Shown: in pieces, positions 11,010 to 21,385 of the stretch
Layout: the number at the start of each line of letters is the position of its first letter
Numbering within the stretch: position 1 is the stretch's first letter
NCBI GenBank assembly: GCA_963846575.1
Contig: CAWJWJ010000002.1
Coordinates: 1-64,000, forward strand
DNA: 64,000 nt
From: an uncultured Nitrospiraceae bacterium
GTDB lineage: Bacteria; Nitrospirota; Nitrospiria; Nitrospirales; Nitrospiraceae
Direction: 5' to 3'
The notes under the pieces: generated by a model
The model's input: only the letters and a program-made list of their open reading frames with translations
Databases searched by the model: none
What the model was told of the DNA's origin: nothing
Made by a program: the position numbers and the translations under genes

Positions 11010-11048
11010 GTATCTTGAAAGACACCATTGGCGTATCTGAAAAGATAC
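11010..11048. promoter_or_regulatory. Tandem palindromic operator-like sites GTATCT-N4-AGAYAC
   Basis: gtatct-tgaa-agacac (11010-11025) and gtatct-gaaa-agatac (11033-11048) upstream of the deacetylase. Confidence 0.5.
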
Positions 11049-11115
11049 GTTTGTGTGAGAAGAGTGAAGGAAAGCGGCGTCGTTCAGGAAGCTCAGATCC
11101 GGACTGCGTTCGTCG

Positions 11116-12363
11116 TCAGGCTACGTGCCGGGAGGGTTGGCTCTGCGGTAATACTTGTTGAAGGGGCACCGTAAACCGGAAGGTAGAGCCACGTCCGGGC
11201 TCGCTCTCTGCCCCGATATGGCCCCCCATCAATTCCACGAGTTGTTTTGAGATGGCCAAACCGAGGCCCGTTCCTCCGTATTTCCTGGTCGTGGACCCAT
11301 CTGCTTGCACAAATGGTTGAAACAATTTCGAGAATGCGCTCGGCGCAATTCCGATTCCATTGTCAAGGACCGAGAACCGAAGATGGATTACTCGACGGTC
11401 GTCCGCTCGGATTTCCCCATAGCTGGTGGCGGGAAATTCCAAGCGTTGCTCCGACGACCGTTCATCAAGATCTACTCGGAGACACACCGTTCCCTGATCG
11501 CTGAATTTGATCGCATTGGCGAGTAAGTTGCTCAGAATTTGTTGAAGTCTTGAAGGGTCTCCCAGCAGGTTTGATGGCACCCCCTCGGCGATACTGGAGG
11601 TCAAAGCCAGACCTTTACGCTGGGCGCGTTCGCAAAACAATGCAATGACGCGATTGACGAAAACGCGCAAGTCAAAGTCCAATAGTTCAAGGGAAAGTTT
11701 TCCGGACTCGATCTTGGAGAAGTCCAGAATGTCGTTGATGATCACCATCAAAGCATCGCCGGAAGCACGGATGGTTTGCGCGCAGTCCTGTTGCTCAGGG
11801 CTCAGGGGGGTATCCAGGAGCCAGTCCGTCATTCCCAGGACTCCGTTCATGGGTGTGCGTATTTCGTGACTCATGGTCGCAAGAAATTCGGATTTAAGCC
11901 GGGTCCCTTCGATGGCTGCATCCCTTGCCTGTGTCAATGTGGCCTGGCTGGCTCGAAGTTCTTGTAAAACCTGGTTTGCCCGCACCATGTAGCGAACGCG
12001 ATGCGTCAAGAGCATTGCGTTCAAGGGTTTGACAATAAAATCTGTTGCGCCGGCGTCGTACGCTCTCGTAATTGAGTCGAAATCATCTAGTCCGGTCATA
12101 ATCAGAATAGGGATGTGCTCACCCTCTGGCAGCTGTCGCAAGGCCGCGCAGGTGGCGAAGCCATCCATTTCCGGCATCATCACATCGAGGAGCACAACGT
12201 CCGGGAGGCGTTGTTGGAAAGCCGCCCAGGCCTCCTTTCCGTCGTCAGCCTCCGCCACGATCCAGCCGGCCTGCTCCAACGCTTCGCGGGCGAACATGCG
12301 GATTATGAGATCGTCATCGGCTACAAGCGCGAGGGGAGCTCGGCCTGGTATGAGTGGATTCAT
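11116..12363 (-). CDS. Receiver-histidine kinase (REC-HisKA-HATPase)
   Basis: N-terminal ADDD..LLDVMMP..KP receiver; [16 protein letters not shown]-box; N, G1, F, G2 boxes. Confidence 0.93.
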   Translation of the reverse strand: MNPLIPGRAPLALVADDDLIIRMFAREALEQAGWIVAEADDGKEAWAAFQQRLPDVVLLDVMMPEMDGFATCAALRQLPEGEHIPILIMTGLDDFDSITRAYDAGATDFIVKPLNAMLLTHRVRYMVRANQVLQELRASQATLTQARDAAIEGTRLKSEFLATMSHEIRTPMNGVLGMTDWLLDTPLSPEQQDCAQTIRASGDALMVIINDILDFSKIESGKLSLELLDFDLRVFVNRVIALFCERAQRKGLALTSSIAEGVPSNLLGDPSRLQQILSNLLANAIKFSDQGTVCLRVDLDERSSEQRLEFPATSYGEIRADDRRVIHLRFSVLDNGIGIAPSAFSKLFQPFVQADGSTTRKYGGTGLGLAISKQLVELMGGHIGAESEPGRGSTFRFTVPLQQVLPQSQPSRHVA

Positions 12364-15300
12364 GCCGCGGTCTCCTTCGCGATCTCGCTTCGAAAAAGTG
12401 CGCAGGCAGCGAGGTACTCGGATTCCAGGTGAGCAAGAATGCGATCGGCCTCAATTAGTGTCTTGCGGCTGCCCATACCTTCTAATTCCTGACAGCGCGC
12501 AGCTACTGCGATAGCTCCGAGTTGGGCACTGCTCGATTTAAGCCGGTGTGCGATGGCCTGAACCGCTGCTGGGTTGTTCGCACGAATGGCGTCGCGGAGA
12601 GCATCCAGACTCCCCCTGGAGTAATCAAGATACTTTCGCAACACGGCGGCCAATACACTGGGCCGGTTGGGGCGTTGTAATGCTCGGATATCGGCCAGGG
12701 CCTTGAGATTGACGGCGGAGGGAACGGGGGTGGCCTCCACGGGCGGTTCGGTCGACAGGTCGGCCGCGTGGAGTCTAGAGGACATGTCAGGGGAGGATGC
12801 GTCAGATACTGTCGCACGGTCGCCCGAAAGCCCTCTGGGCAACCATTTCACCACTACATCCCGCAATTGCATCTGGGAATAGGGTTTGGTCAGGTAATCA
12901 TCCATGCCGGCCGCGAGGCATTGATCCCGGTCTCCTTGCATGGCATGCGCCGTCAACGCGATAATGGGCAACCGGCGTCGACCCGAGGATACTTCCTGTT
13001 GGCGGATTTTTTCGGTTGCCGTCAGGCCATCCATGCCAGGCATCTGGCAGTCCATCAAAATCAGATCGATATAATTTCCGCCGGCGGCCAACAAAGCCTG
13101 CTGCCCATTTTCTGCGAGCTCGACTTCATACCCGAGTAATTCCAGCATGCCAACTGCAACTTCTCGATTGACGGGACTGTCCTCAGCCAGGAGAATCCGT
13201 CTGCCGCCCGCCTGGGTCGTGCTGCCACGCGAGATGGATGTTGCGGTACACGTCGGTTCTCCAGCGGTCTGTCCCGAGGGCGGTAAGGGGGGATCCAGTC
13301 GTGGGCCGGGTGCGAAGTCGAGGGGGATGGTGTTTACGAAAGCCTGGCGGTCGAGCCAAGCCGTAAAGGAGAAGGTCGAGCCGCGCCCGGGAATACTGTC
13401 CACGGTAATGGTTCCACCCATGAGGGTGACTAATTGTTTGACAATCGAGAGTCCCAGACCGGTGCCGCCGTATCGTCGGGTCGTTGAGCCATCGGCTTGT
13501 GAAAATGCATCGAAAATGCGTGCTTTGGCCGCTGGGGGGATACCGATGCCACTGTCGGTCACGGCAATTCTAAGGAGCACCCGGCTTGCCGCGCTTTGCA
13601 CTAAATCGGTGGTCAACGAGACTGTGCCGGTATCGGTAAATTTAATCGCATTGCTCAAAAGATTCATGAGAATCTGCCGGAGGCGCACCGGGTCACCCTT
13701 GAGATAGTGAGGCACTCCTTCGCCGGTGTGTTGAATCAGTTGAAGTGGCTTGCGTCGCGCCGCCTCGACGAATAGCTCAAGCGATTCCGACAGCACCTGC
13801 GATAGATCAAAACAGACAGATTCCAATTCCAGTTTGCCTGCTTCGATCTTCGAAAAGTCGAGAATGTCGTTGATGATCGCGAGAAGGGTTCGGCCAGACC
13901 GGTGCACGGTCGAAGCGAGATGCCTCTGCTTATCCGTGAGTTCGCTGTTTAACAATATTTCTGTCGTACCCAGCACGCCATTCATCGGAGTGCGAATTTC
14001 ATGGCTCATATTGGCCAGAAATTCGCTCTTGGCTTTGCTGGCGGCTTCGGCCGCCTCTTTTGCCGCCCGAAGTTCTTGCTCGGTGTGTTTGCGGTCGGTG
14101 GTATCGATGTGGATGCCGACCATACGGGACGCGACGCCGGACGAACTGCGAAGGACAGTACCTCGTGACAAAATCCACCGATAGGATCCGTCCCGATGTC
14201 GAAGGCGGTGCTCACACTCAAACTGTTGCTGCCCGCCGTGAAGGCAAGCCTCAAGGGATTCGAGTGTTCGTTGTCGATCATCCTCATGAATTCGGGAGCG
14301 CCAGCTATCCAATTCATTGGCAAGGGTGGTCTCGTCAAACCCGAGATGATGTTTCCACTGCGGGGAGAGATAGACGGAGTTCGAGATAAGATTCCAGTCC
14401 CAGATCCCGATGTGTGAGCCTTGCACCGTCATGGCCAACCGCTCTTCGCTTGTACGAAGGGCCTCTTCGGCCCGTTTCCGTTCCGTAATATCCACGACGA
14501 AGGCCGTGAAGGTGTAGGAATTCTCGATGTGTAGGGGGGTAACGGCCAACTCGATGGGGAACTCAGTACCATCGCGTCTTAAGGCGGTAATTTCAATCCG
14601 TTTATTCAGAATTGGGCCGTGGCCGGATTTCAGAAACTCCGCCAGTCCGCGCTGATGATCCCCACGATGGTCGGGAGGCATGATGAGGTCCACCATTCTG
14701 CAGCCGATGGCTTCGTGGCGTTGCCATCCGAATATGTGTTCGGCCTGCGCATTCCAATCTATGATCTCGCCCCTGTCGTCCATCCCGATGACCCCGCTGA
14801 TGGCCGTGTCGATAATCAGCCGGGTACGACCCTCATTCTTGCGCAAGGCACGCTCAGCTTGGAGACGCTCCGCCGCTTCCAGGGCAAGGCAGACCAGTGA
14901 GGCGACGGCGGCGCTGAATTGCTGCTCTTCAAGCATCCAGGAGCGGGGTGCACCGGAATGTTCATGGCACAGTACGCCCACCAGTTTTCCCTTAAAGCGG
15001 ATCGGGACGTCCAGCATGGCACGGATTCCGTTGGGGATCAGGTAGGTGTTCGCGAACTCGGCCGTGCGCGGGTCGGCAGTGGCATCGGCGGCATCAATGA
15101 TGATGTGAGATCCCAGCTCCCGAAAGTAATTGGGGTAGGTGTCCGCATGCATTTCCATGCCGGAGGAATGTGAGTCGCTAGACGACTCATACAGGTCTTT
15201 GCACTGCAGCACGCTGGAATCCCCGTTCAGGAACCAGATACCGGCTCGGCTCACGTTGAGGGTCTTGGCAGCGGTATGAGTAATTTCTTTCAGTGCATGT

Positions 15301-15998
15301 TCGAGCAAGCCACTTTGGAGAATGGTGTTGCGCGTCAGGTCTAGCAAGGCGGCTTGGTGCCGCCTCAGCATCTGTTCGGTCTCGTGGCGGATGGAGTCAG
15401 AGTATTTACGCTCGCTAATGTCTCGAAACACGAGTACGGCGCCCGCCACACGGTTCTCCCGAACGATCGGAGCCAGAACATAGGAGACCGGAAACGCGCG
15501 TCCGCTGTGTGTGGTGAGCAATCCATCATCAGTTCGAAAGGTGTCCCCCTGGGCAGTTTCTTCCAAGAGGATTTGAGTGAAGATGGGCTCCGTGAGGGTG
15601 GTTCCAGAGGACAGAGAAATTAGGGTGGGGAGCGGACGGCCGACCACCTCCGTTTCACTGCAAGCCCAGAGGCGTTGGCCGGCCGGATTGAGTAACAGGA
15701 CGTTCCAATTCTGGTCCACCACACAGAGGCCATCGCCGATGGAACGTATCACCGTGTGGAGTTTGTCCCGCTCTTCGGTCAACCGGCTCTCGGAAGTCCG
15801 GCGCAGTTGCTCGTTCAAGGCCAGCATTTCGGTGGAAGAGAGCGCGATGGAACGTTCCAGGAGTTCATGCCCCTGATCTGATTCGACGTAGCTCTGGCTG
15901 ACCCGCGCGAGAAGTTGCTGCCAACTCTCCGGAGATGGAGGTACGGTGGAGGGCTCCAGTCCCAGGCGTTTGAGTTGTCGTGTGAGCAGGGGATGCAT
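12360..15998 (-). CDS. Cytoplasmic multi-sensor hybrid histidine kinase (PAS-GAF-PAS-PAS-HisKA-HATPase-REC-Hpt)
   Basis: PAS/PAC motifs, GAF (AMLDVPI..GVLCHEH), [35 protein letters not shown]. Confidence 0.95.
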   Translation of the reverse strand: MHPLLTRQLKRLGLEPSTVPPSPESWQQLLARVSQSYVESDQGHELLERSIALSSTEMLALNEQLRRTSESRLTEERDKLHTVIRSIGDGLCVVDQNWNVLLLNPAGQRLWACSETEVVGRPLPTLISLSSGTTLTEPIFTQILLEETAQGDTFRTDDGLLTTHSGRAFPVSYVLAPIVRENRVAGAVLVFRDISERKYSDSIRHETEQMLRRHQAALLDLTRNTILQSGLLEHALKEITHTAAKTLNVSRAGIWFLNGDSSVLQCKDLYESSSDSHSSGMEMHADTYPNYFRELGSHIIIDAADATADPRTAEFANTYLIPNGIRAMLDVPIRFKGKLVGVLCHEHSGAPRSWMLEEQQFSAAVASLVCLALEAAERLQAERALRKNEGRTRLIIDTAISGVIGMDDRGEIIDWNAQAEHIFGWQRHEAIGCRMVDLIMPPDHRGDHQRGLAEFLKSGHGPILNKRIEITALRRDGTEFPIELAVTPLHIENSYTFTAFVVDITERKRAEEALRTSEERLAMTVQGSHIGIWDWNLISNSVYLSPQWKHHLGFDETTLANELDSWRSRIHEDDRQRTLESLEACLHGGQQQFECEHRLRHRDGSYRWILSRGTVLRSSSGVASRMVGIHIDTTDRKHTEQELRAAKEAAEAASKAKSEFLANMSHEIRTPMNGVLGTTEILLNSELTDKQRHLASTVHRSGRTLLAIINDILDFSKIEAGKLELESVCFDLSQVLSESLELFVEAARRKPLQLIQHTGEGVPHYLKGDPVRLRQILMNLLSNAIKFTDTGTVSLTTDLVQSAASRVLLRIAVTDSGIGIPPAAKARIFDAFSQADGSTTRRYGGTGLGLSIVKQLVTLMGGTITVDSIPGRGSTFSFTAWLDRQAFVNTIPLDFAPGPRLDPPLPPSGQTAGEPTCTATSISRGSTTQAGGRRILLAEDSPVNREVAVGMLELLGYEVELAENGQQALLAAGGNYIDLILMDCQMPGMDGLTATEKIRQQEVSSGRRRLPIIALTAHAMQGDRDQCLAAGMDDYLTKPYSQMQLRDVVVKWLPRGLSGDRATVSDASSPDMSSRLHAADLSTEPPVEATPVPSAVNLKALADIRALQRPNRPSVLAAVLRKYLDYSRGSLDALRDAIRANNPAAVQAIAHRLKSSSAQLGAIAVAARCQELEGMGSRKTLIEADRILAHLESEYLAACALFRSEIAKETAA

Positions 15999-16003
15999 AG
16001 GGG

Positions 16004-17155
16004 CTACGTTTCGTTAATGGTTGTCATCGTCATGGTCTGGTTGTGAAGATCGCAGGCCCCGCTCTTAGAGGATGAAATCTCACCATAGGAATAGAATCCG
16101 ATCTGCCGGCTGCCTGGCGGAAGCATCTCCATGGTGGCTTCGGTCTCTTCCTCTGTTCGTTCTCCCAGTACCAACCGGCGCCCGACAGAACTGATGGCGA
16201 TGGAGAGTCTGGAGGTGGCCTGCGCACTGGTTGCGTGGCCATCCGCCGTGAGCATCGCGGCATCGGAGGCGCCCTGGATCAAGCGGTCGAAATTCGCGCG
16301 CATCAGTTGCGCGTACATGCCTTGCGGAATGTCTCCCGCAAAAGTCAGCGATTGAGCGTCTTCGTCCACGGCCAGGATGGTACGGACCAGATTTTTCCCC
16401 TCCGAAAGCGAACCTCTTATCGCGAGCGGGAATAACAAACCCGTCGCGGGCAGGCCGGCCGCTCGTTCCCCGAGATACTCTTTGTACAGGTGCAAGGCCG
16501 GTCGCCCGTCCAATTCATACAGCACATGCCCGTTTGATCTGGTGACCAGGCGTTCCGGGCCGAACTTATCCCAACCGCCTCGGGAGCCGGTTCCAATGCG
16601 CACATAGTCGCCATAGAGGCCAGCGGCGATGACATAGCCACTCTGTGGGGCGCGATCTTTCAGGACCCACGTTCGCTTGAAGTGTGTTCCATCGCCGGCC
16701 AGACCTCCGGTGATGACCACCGGCAAACCGCCGATGGTGTCGTTTAGGCCCTTGACCAGTTCGCTGCCGTTCACATGCAGACCATCCGACAAGACTAGAA
16801 TGGCCCGGAGTGATGGCCGTGCCAACTGGGAACCGATCGCCACTCCGGCAGAGTAGGAATTTTCAGAATCGTGCACGGCAGCTTGTGCCGTATGCACGGC
16901 AGTGTGGTGGAACCGCATGGAGGCAGCCACCAGGGTGTCATCCGAGATTTCACTGCCGTGAATTTCTCCGGCGGTGGAGCATCCGATGACATGACTTTGA
17001 GGGCAGGCGTCGAGGACCCGGCGGATGCGCTCAGGTTCGTCGATGAGACCCGGCGATCCGAACAGCACCAGGAGAGTGTCCGGCGAGTCCAATGCGGCGA
17101 ATGACGACGGTGACCAGTAACCGTCGGCCTTGATACTGGTTGTCGCCAGTTGCAT
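16004..17155 (-). CDS. FIST-N/FIST-C signal transduction protein (NosP-like)
   Basis: GCSTAGEI, SDGL..NGS, GGLAGDG, ELDGRPA, GFYSYGEI, LHNQT motifs. Confidence 0.92.
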   Translation of the reverse strand: MQLATTSIKADGYWSPSSFAALDSPDTLLVLFGSPGLIDEPERIRRVLDACPQSHVIGCSTAGEIHGSEISDDTLVAASMRFHHTAVHTAQAAVHDSENSYSAGVAIGSQLARPSLRAILVLSDGLHVNGSELVKGLNDTIGGLPVVITGGLAGDGTHFKRTWVLKDRAPQSGYVIAAGLYGDYVRIGTGSRGGWDKFGPERLVTRSNGHVLYELDGRPALHLYKEYLGERAAGLPATGLLFPLAIRGSLSEGKNLVRTILAVDEDAQSLTFAGDIPQGMYAQLMRANFDRLIQGASDAAMLTADGHATSAQATSRLSIAISSVGRRLVLGERTEEETEATMEMLPPGSRQIGFYSYGEISSSKSGACDLHNQTMTMTTINET

Positions 17156-17362
17156 GACGCATCCCCCTCATGTACTCACTGCGGGGTTCATCTCCCGCAT
17201 CTTGGTGATGATCCGTCCTTCATACGATCAGGCGAGATTGCAGTAAGACGCCAGGGTTCGTTTTGATCAGCTCACTCCCGGATGCCGTATCTTTTCCTGC
17301 TTAGAAGAGCATCGATTGCAGTATTCCGATCTCGTCGTCGTGACGGTATTGGTGTCCCATTT

Positions 17363-17390
17363 ATATCGGCAGTAAGAGTAGGAAACTAAA
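17363..17390 (-). promoter_or_regulatory. Sigma-28 (FliA)-type promoter of the FIST-kinase operon
   Basis: Minus strand TTTA-N16-GCCGATAT. Confidence 0.75.
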
Positions 17391-17523
17391 AAGAACTGAT
17401 CGTAATTAGGCACCGTGGTTAACGCTCTAAGGATGTTCACGGTTTCCATTCAGCAGGCGCGGAACATCTGCTAAGTGTCTCCGCCGGCTGGATCCGGCAG
17501 AGCCGGTCAGACCTTGCTCGCAG

Positions 17524-20490
17524 TTACGTGTTCGAGCGCGTCCGCAATTCCAACTCCATCATTTGGCACGCCTTTTGGTGCGTGTGAATGAGTTGTTCGA
17601 GGAGCATATCGGCCGAGTCGAATGCCTCCGAGCGTCCGAGCGTTTCCAATTTCCGGCAATGAGCGGCGGTGGCCAATGCACCTAACTGGGCACTGCTCGA
17701 TTGCAACCGGTGAGCTGCATGGTGAAGCACCACTGGATCGCGACTCCGAACTGCCTGACTGATCTGCCCCACGAGCGCTCGGGAATCTTCCAGGTACTTA
17801 GCCAGCACCGTGGCTAGGATGCCGGGATGTCCCGGCCGCTGGAGCGCAACGATCGCCTTCCAAGCGTATGTATCGACATCAGGCGGGGCCGGCAGTGGCG
17901 GGGGGCAGCCCGGGCCTTGCGATAGCTCGCCAATGGAGGAGCGATGGGGTCGGTCGAGAAAACGCGTGAGGATGCGCTGGAGGTGGTCCTGCGTATAGGG
18001 TTTGGGCAAGTAGTCGTCCATGCCTACGGCTAAACACCGGTCGCGGTCGCCTTCCATGGCATCTGCGGTCAGTGCCACAATGGGCGTTCGTGGTCGGTTG
18101 AGTGTGGTCTGTTCATATCGGCGAATTGCCTCGGTAGCGGCAAAGCCGTCCATTTCCGGCATGTGGCAGTCCATCAAGATCAGGTCATAAGAGGTCAGAA
18201 TGGCCGCGTCGAGCGCGAATCGCCCGTTGCCAACCACGTCGACGTGACAGCCGAATAGTTCCAGCATGCCGGTCGCCACTTCCTGATTGACGGGGTTATC
18301 CTCGGCGAGGAGGACTCTTTTATTGAGCGGTGAAGGATGGTGAGGAGTGACTGCGGGCGAAGACTCTGTTCCGGCCAGCTCTTTGGCGTACTCTCTGCGT
18401 TTGAGCACCATCAAGACTTCGCGAAGGACCGACTGCCGAACAGGTTTGGAGAGCCATCGCCAAATATGAGCTTCTTCGGCGAGCCGTTGGTCATAGTTGA
18501 CCGAACTCAACATGAGGATGCGGAGCGACCGGAGGCATGGGTCTGCGTGGATCGCATGCGCAACTGCTAAGCCATCCATCTCCGGCATATGCATATCGAG
18601 AACGACAAGATCGTAGGGAGCGCGTTCTGTGACGGCTTGTGCGAGTAAAGACAGTCCCCGGGGGCCGGAATCGGCGGATGCATGGGTGGCTCCCCACTGG
18701 GACAACTGCTCTTCGAGGATGAGCCGATTAGTTTCATTGTCGTCAATGATCAGGATGCGGAGTCCGCATAAGTCTTGCACCGGCGAAGGGGAGGAATCCG
18801 GCACGAGGGATTGTTTCTCAAATTGGGCGGTGAACCAAAACGTGGACCCTTGTCCCGGGATGCTCTCGATCCCGATGGTACCCTGCATCAATACGGTCAA
18901 GTGCTTGCAAATGGCGAGGCCCAGGCCGGTGCCGCCGAATCGTCGGGTGGTCGAGCCATCAGCCTGGGAGAATGCTTGGAATAAACGTTGTTGGGTCGCG
19001 AGGGGAATCCCCTCACCGGTATCAGACACGCGGACCTGCAGCGACACGGTCTTGGCTGTTTCAGTCAGCGTGTTAATCAGCACGCTGACATGGCCCTGTG
19101 CGGTGAATTTTATCGCATTGCCGACCAGATTCAGGATGATTTGACGCAGCCGTACGGGGTCGCCGAGGAGATCCGTACGGCAGCTCTGGTGGATGTGATA
19201 AATCAGCTCGAGCCCTTTGCGTTGGGCAGGCTCCGCCATCAACTCCAGGGCTTCTTCGATCGTCTGCCGGAGATCGAACTCAATCAACTCCAACTCCAGC
19301 TTGCCCGCTTCGATTTTAGAGAAATCCAGAATGTCGTTGATAATCTGCAGCAGTGCCGTCCCGGAACGATACACGGTACCGGCCAGGTGCCTCTGTTTCG
19401 GCGTAAGATCCGTAGAGAGCAGCAAATCGGTCATCCCGAGCACACCGTTCATCGGGGTTCGGATTTCGTGGCTCATATTTGCCAGAAATTGAGACTTCGC
19501 CTGGCTGGCGGCCTCGGCGACCTCTTTGGCACGGTAGAGCATCGCTTCTTGTTTTTTTCGTTCCGAGATGTCCCGGATAAATATGGAGAGATGTGGAACT
19601 CCACCCAAAATGATGCAACTCATGGCCAATTCCACAGGAAACGCGTTGCCCCTGCGGGTGTTAGCGACCATTTCCATGCGGCGATTCGGGACGGCCCAGG
19701 GGATGGAGGTTGGGTGCGGGGTTACCGGATCCGCTGAAGACGTGTTGGTCAAGGTGGGAAGGTAGGTGCTCACCAAAGTCCCGATGGCCTCGGCTCGGGC
19801 GACTTCGAACATTCTTTCCGCCTGAGCATTCCACTCTGTAATGATTCCTCCCGCATCGGTCGTGACAACGGCGTCGAGGGCTGTCTCGATGACCATGCCC
19901 ATGCGTGTCCGGGTTTCACTTTCGATTGCCGCTGTTTGCGCGATCTCACTGACTCGCCAGAAGTAGGTGAGGGCGACGCATTCAGCCAGGATGAAGGTGC
20001 CATGGATCAGCGCCCAGTTCCACGGATGCGCTTGGCCGGAATCGTGGTTGTACACCATGGTCGGCATGAGCGTACCCATCAAGCCATGGTCGGCTATGAT
20101 GAACAGGATGCCGAACAGAAATGGGCCCCAGTCCTGGTACAACACAACAACGGCGATCATCACGAAAAAATGAAAATGCAGTTCGATGTACCCTCCGGAC
20201 AGGTGCACCAGCATCGCAGATGCGGTCATCAGGCCGAAGGTGGCAACGACGGACTGGGTTCGGCAGTGGATGATCGATAGACGAGCCGTAAGGGCAAGCG
20301 AGGCCAGGATGAGGCCCGCTCCGCCGCAGACGATGAGATCCGAGCCCATATAGGCCCCGAATAACGGAACCCCGAGGACATGGGACCACAGTACAAAGAG
20401 AATGCCCCGGTGGCGTGCGTTCCAGTCAGAGGTGCTGAGGGAACCGCCCCTGGGAAGGCATGACAGGATATATGACGAGCGAGTCGTCAT
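17524..20490 (-). CDS. Membrane hybrid histidine kinase (multi-TM sensor-PAS-HisKA-HATPase-REC-REC-Hpt)
   Basis: About 6 hydrophobic segments with IELHFHFFV..YQDW; H-box; LDMHMP and MDCHMP receivers; [13 protein letters not shown]. Confidence 0.95.
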   Translation of the reverse strand: MTTRSSYILSCLPRGGSLSTSDWNARHRGILFVLWSHVLGVPLFGAYMGSDLIVCGGAGLILASLALTARLSIIHCRTQSVVATFGLMTASAMLVHLSGGYIELHFHFFVMIAVVVLYQDWGPFLFGILFIIADHGLMGTLMPTMVYNHDSGQAHPWNWALIHGTFILAECVALTYFWRVSEIAQTAAIESETRTRMGMVIETALDAVVTTDAGGIITEWNAQAERMFEVARAEAIGTLVSTYLPTLTNTSSADPVTPHPTSIPWAVPNRRMEMVANTRRGNAFPVELAMSCIILGGVPHLSIFIRDISERKKQEAMLYRAKEVAEAASQAKSQFLANMSHEIRTPMNGVLGMTDLLLSTDLTPKQRHLAGTVYRSGTALLQIINDILDFSKIEAGKLELELIEFDLRQTIEEALELMAEPAQRKGLELIYHIHQSCRTDLLGDPVRLRQIILNLVGNAIKFTAQGHVSVLINTLTETAKTVSLQVRVSDTGEGIPLATQQRLFQAFSQADGSTTRRFGGTGLGLAICKHLTVLMQGTIGIESIPGQGSTFWFTAQFEKQSLVPDSSPSPVQDLCGLRILIIDDNETNRLILEEQLSQWGATHASADSGPRGLSLLAQAVTERAPYDLVVLDMHMPEMDGLAVAHAIHADPCLRSLRILMLSSVNYDQRLAEEAHIWRWLSKPVRQSVLREVLMVLKRREYAKELAGTESSPAVTPHHPSPLNKRVLLAEDNPVNQEVATGMLELFGCHVDVVGNGRFALDAAILTSYDLILMDCHMPEMDGFAATEAIRRYEQTTLNRPRTPIVALTADAMEGDRDRCLAVGMDDYLPKPYTQDHLQRILTRFLDRPHRSSIGELSQGPGCPPPLPAPPDVDTYAWKAIVALQRPGHPGILATVLAKYLEDSRALVGQISQAVRSRDPVVLHHAAHRLQSSSAQLGALATAAHCRKLETLGRSEAFDSADMLLEQLIHTHQKACQMMELELRTRSNT

Positions 20491-20554
20491 GACGACTAAC
20501 CTTTGTGATGGCCTGTTGGAGCTTCGCCGAACGTGACGTAGCCTCGGCCTACCT

Positions 20555-20582
20555 GTATCGGCAGAAAGGTCGTGCAGCTAAA
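20555..20582 (-). promoter_or_regulatory. Sigma-28 (FliA)-type promoter of the second hybrid kinase
   Basis: Minus strand TTTA-N16-GCCGATAC, about 65 nt upstream of the ATG. Confidence 0.75.
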
Positions 20583-20686
20583 TAGGCACGGAGGATGATG
20601 TCGTTGAACATCAGTTGCGGAGGGCACCCACAGGGATGGCCGGGTTGTCAGGCCTTGCTCGGGACAGGCAGGATATTTAAATTTCG

Positions 20687-21385
20687 CTAGTGGTGGTGAT
20701 GCTGACACTCCGGACTATGCACATGTGACGGCTCCGGGGGCGGGGGTGTCAGTTGTCCGGGGAGCAGGATTCGTCCGACTTCGTGTTGCTTGCTCAAGTG
20801 TTCAGCGATTTCGGGGTGGAATGTTTTGACGTAACCGATCATGCCGTTCAGGAAGCGGCGCGATTGGAAGTCCTGGCCTGAAAACTCCGAAATAAGTGCT
20901 ACGGCTCGGTCCAGAAGTTCCGGGGCTGACCCCAGGTCAGCGATTTGTTGAGGGTTTTGCTTGGCGAATGTATCGTATTCTTTTTTCAGCCGTTCTGCGA
21001 AGACCGGCATTGGGGCAGCCGGTATATGGAGAGGGCTCAAGGTGCGGCGTAGGGCCTGAATGGCTGCAATGACCTCGGCATCCTGGCCGTCCCGGCGATC
21101 GTGGAAGTAGCCGAACGTGACGACTTCGATCAGGTTGAACAGGGCGGCGGCCTTTTCACCTCCTGCAACGCTCAGCTGTCTGTATAATTCCCGGCGGACG
21201 GGGGCGAACTGGTCGCCGAGTCGCTTCTGCTGATAGTCGCTGCCGGTTTCGAGGTAGGCACAGTCAGGAGGACAGGAAATTCTTGTCAGACGATGTTCTC
21301 CGCAACATTGACTGCAGATCAGCCCGTTGAGTGCCGGACAGGAGCGTTTCCCTTTGCGCCGGCCACAATACACGCACTGGCTCAT
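20687..21385 (-). CDS. Hypothetical protein with Cys-rich N-terminus and His-rich tail
   Basis: CVYC..CPAL..ICSQCC..CPPDC; ends HVHSPECQHHHH; start overlaps the upstream stop. Confidence 0.85.
   Translation of the reverse strand: MSQCVYCGRRKGKRSCPALNGLICSQCCGEHRLTRISCPPDCAYLETGSDYQQKRLGDQFAPVRRELYRQLSVAGGEKAAALFNLIEVVTFGYFHDRRDGQDAEVIAAIQALRRTLSPLHIPAAPMPVFAERLKKEYDTFAKQNPQQIADLGSAPELLDRAVALISEFSGQDFQSRRFLNGMIGYVKTFHPEIAEHLSKQHEVGRILLPGQLTPPPPEPSHVHSPECQHHHH

Noticed and set aside
17156..17362. c-di-GMP riboswitch in the roughly 200-nt FIST leader
   Set aside because: No GEMM consensus visible; only a short hairpin
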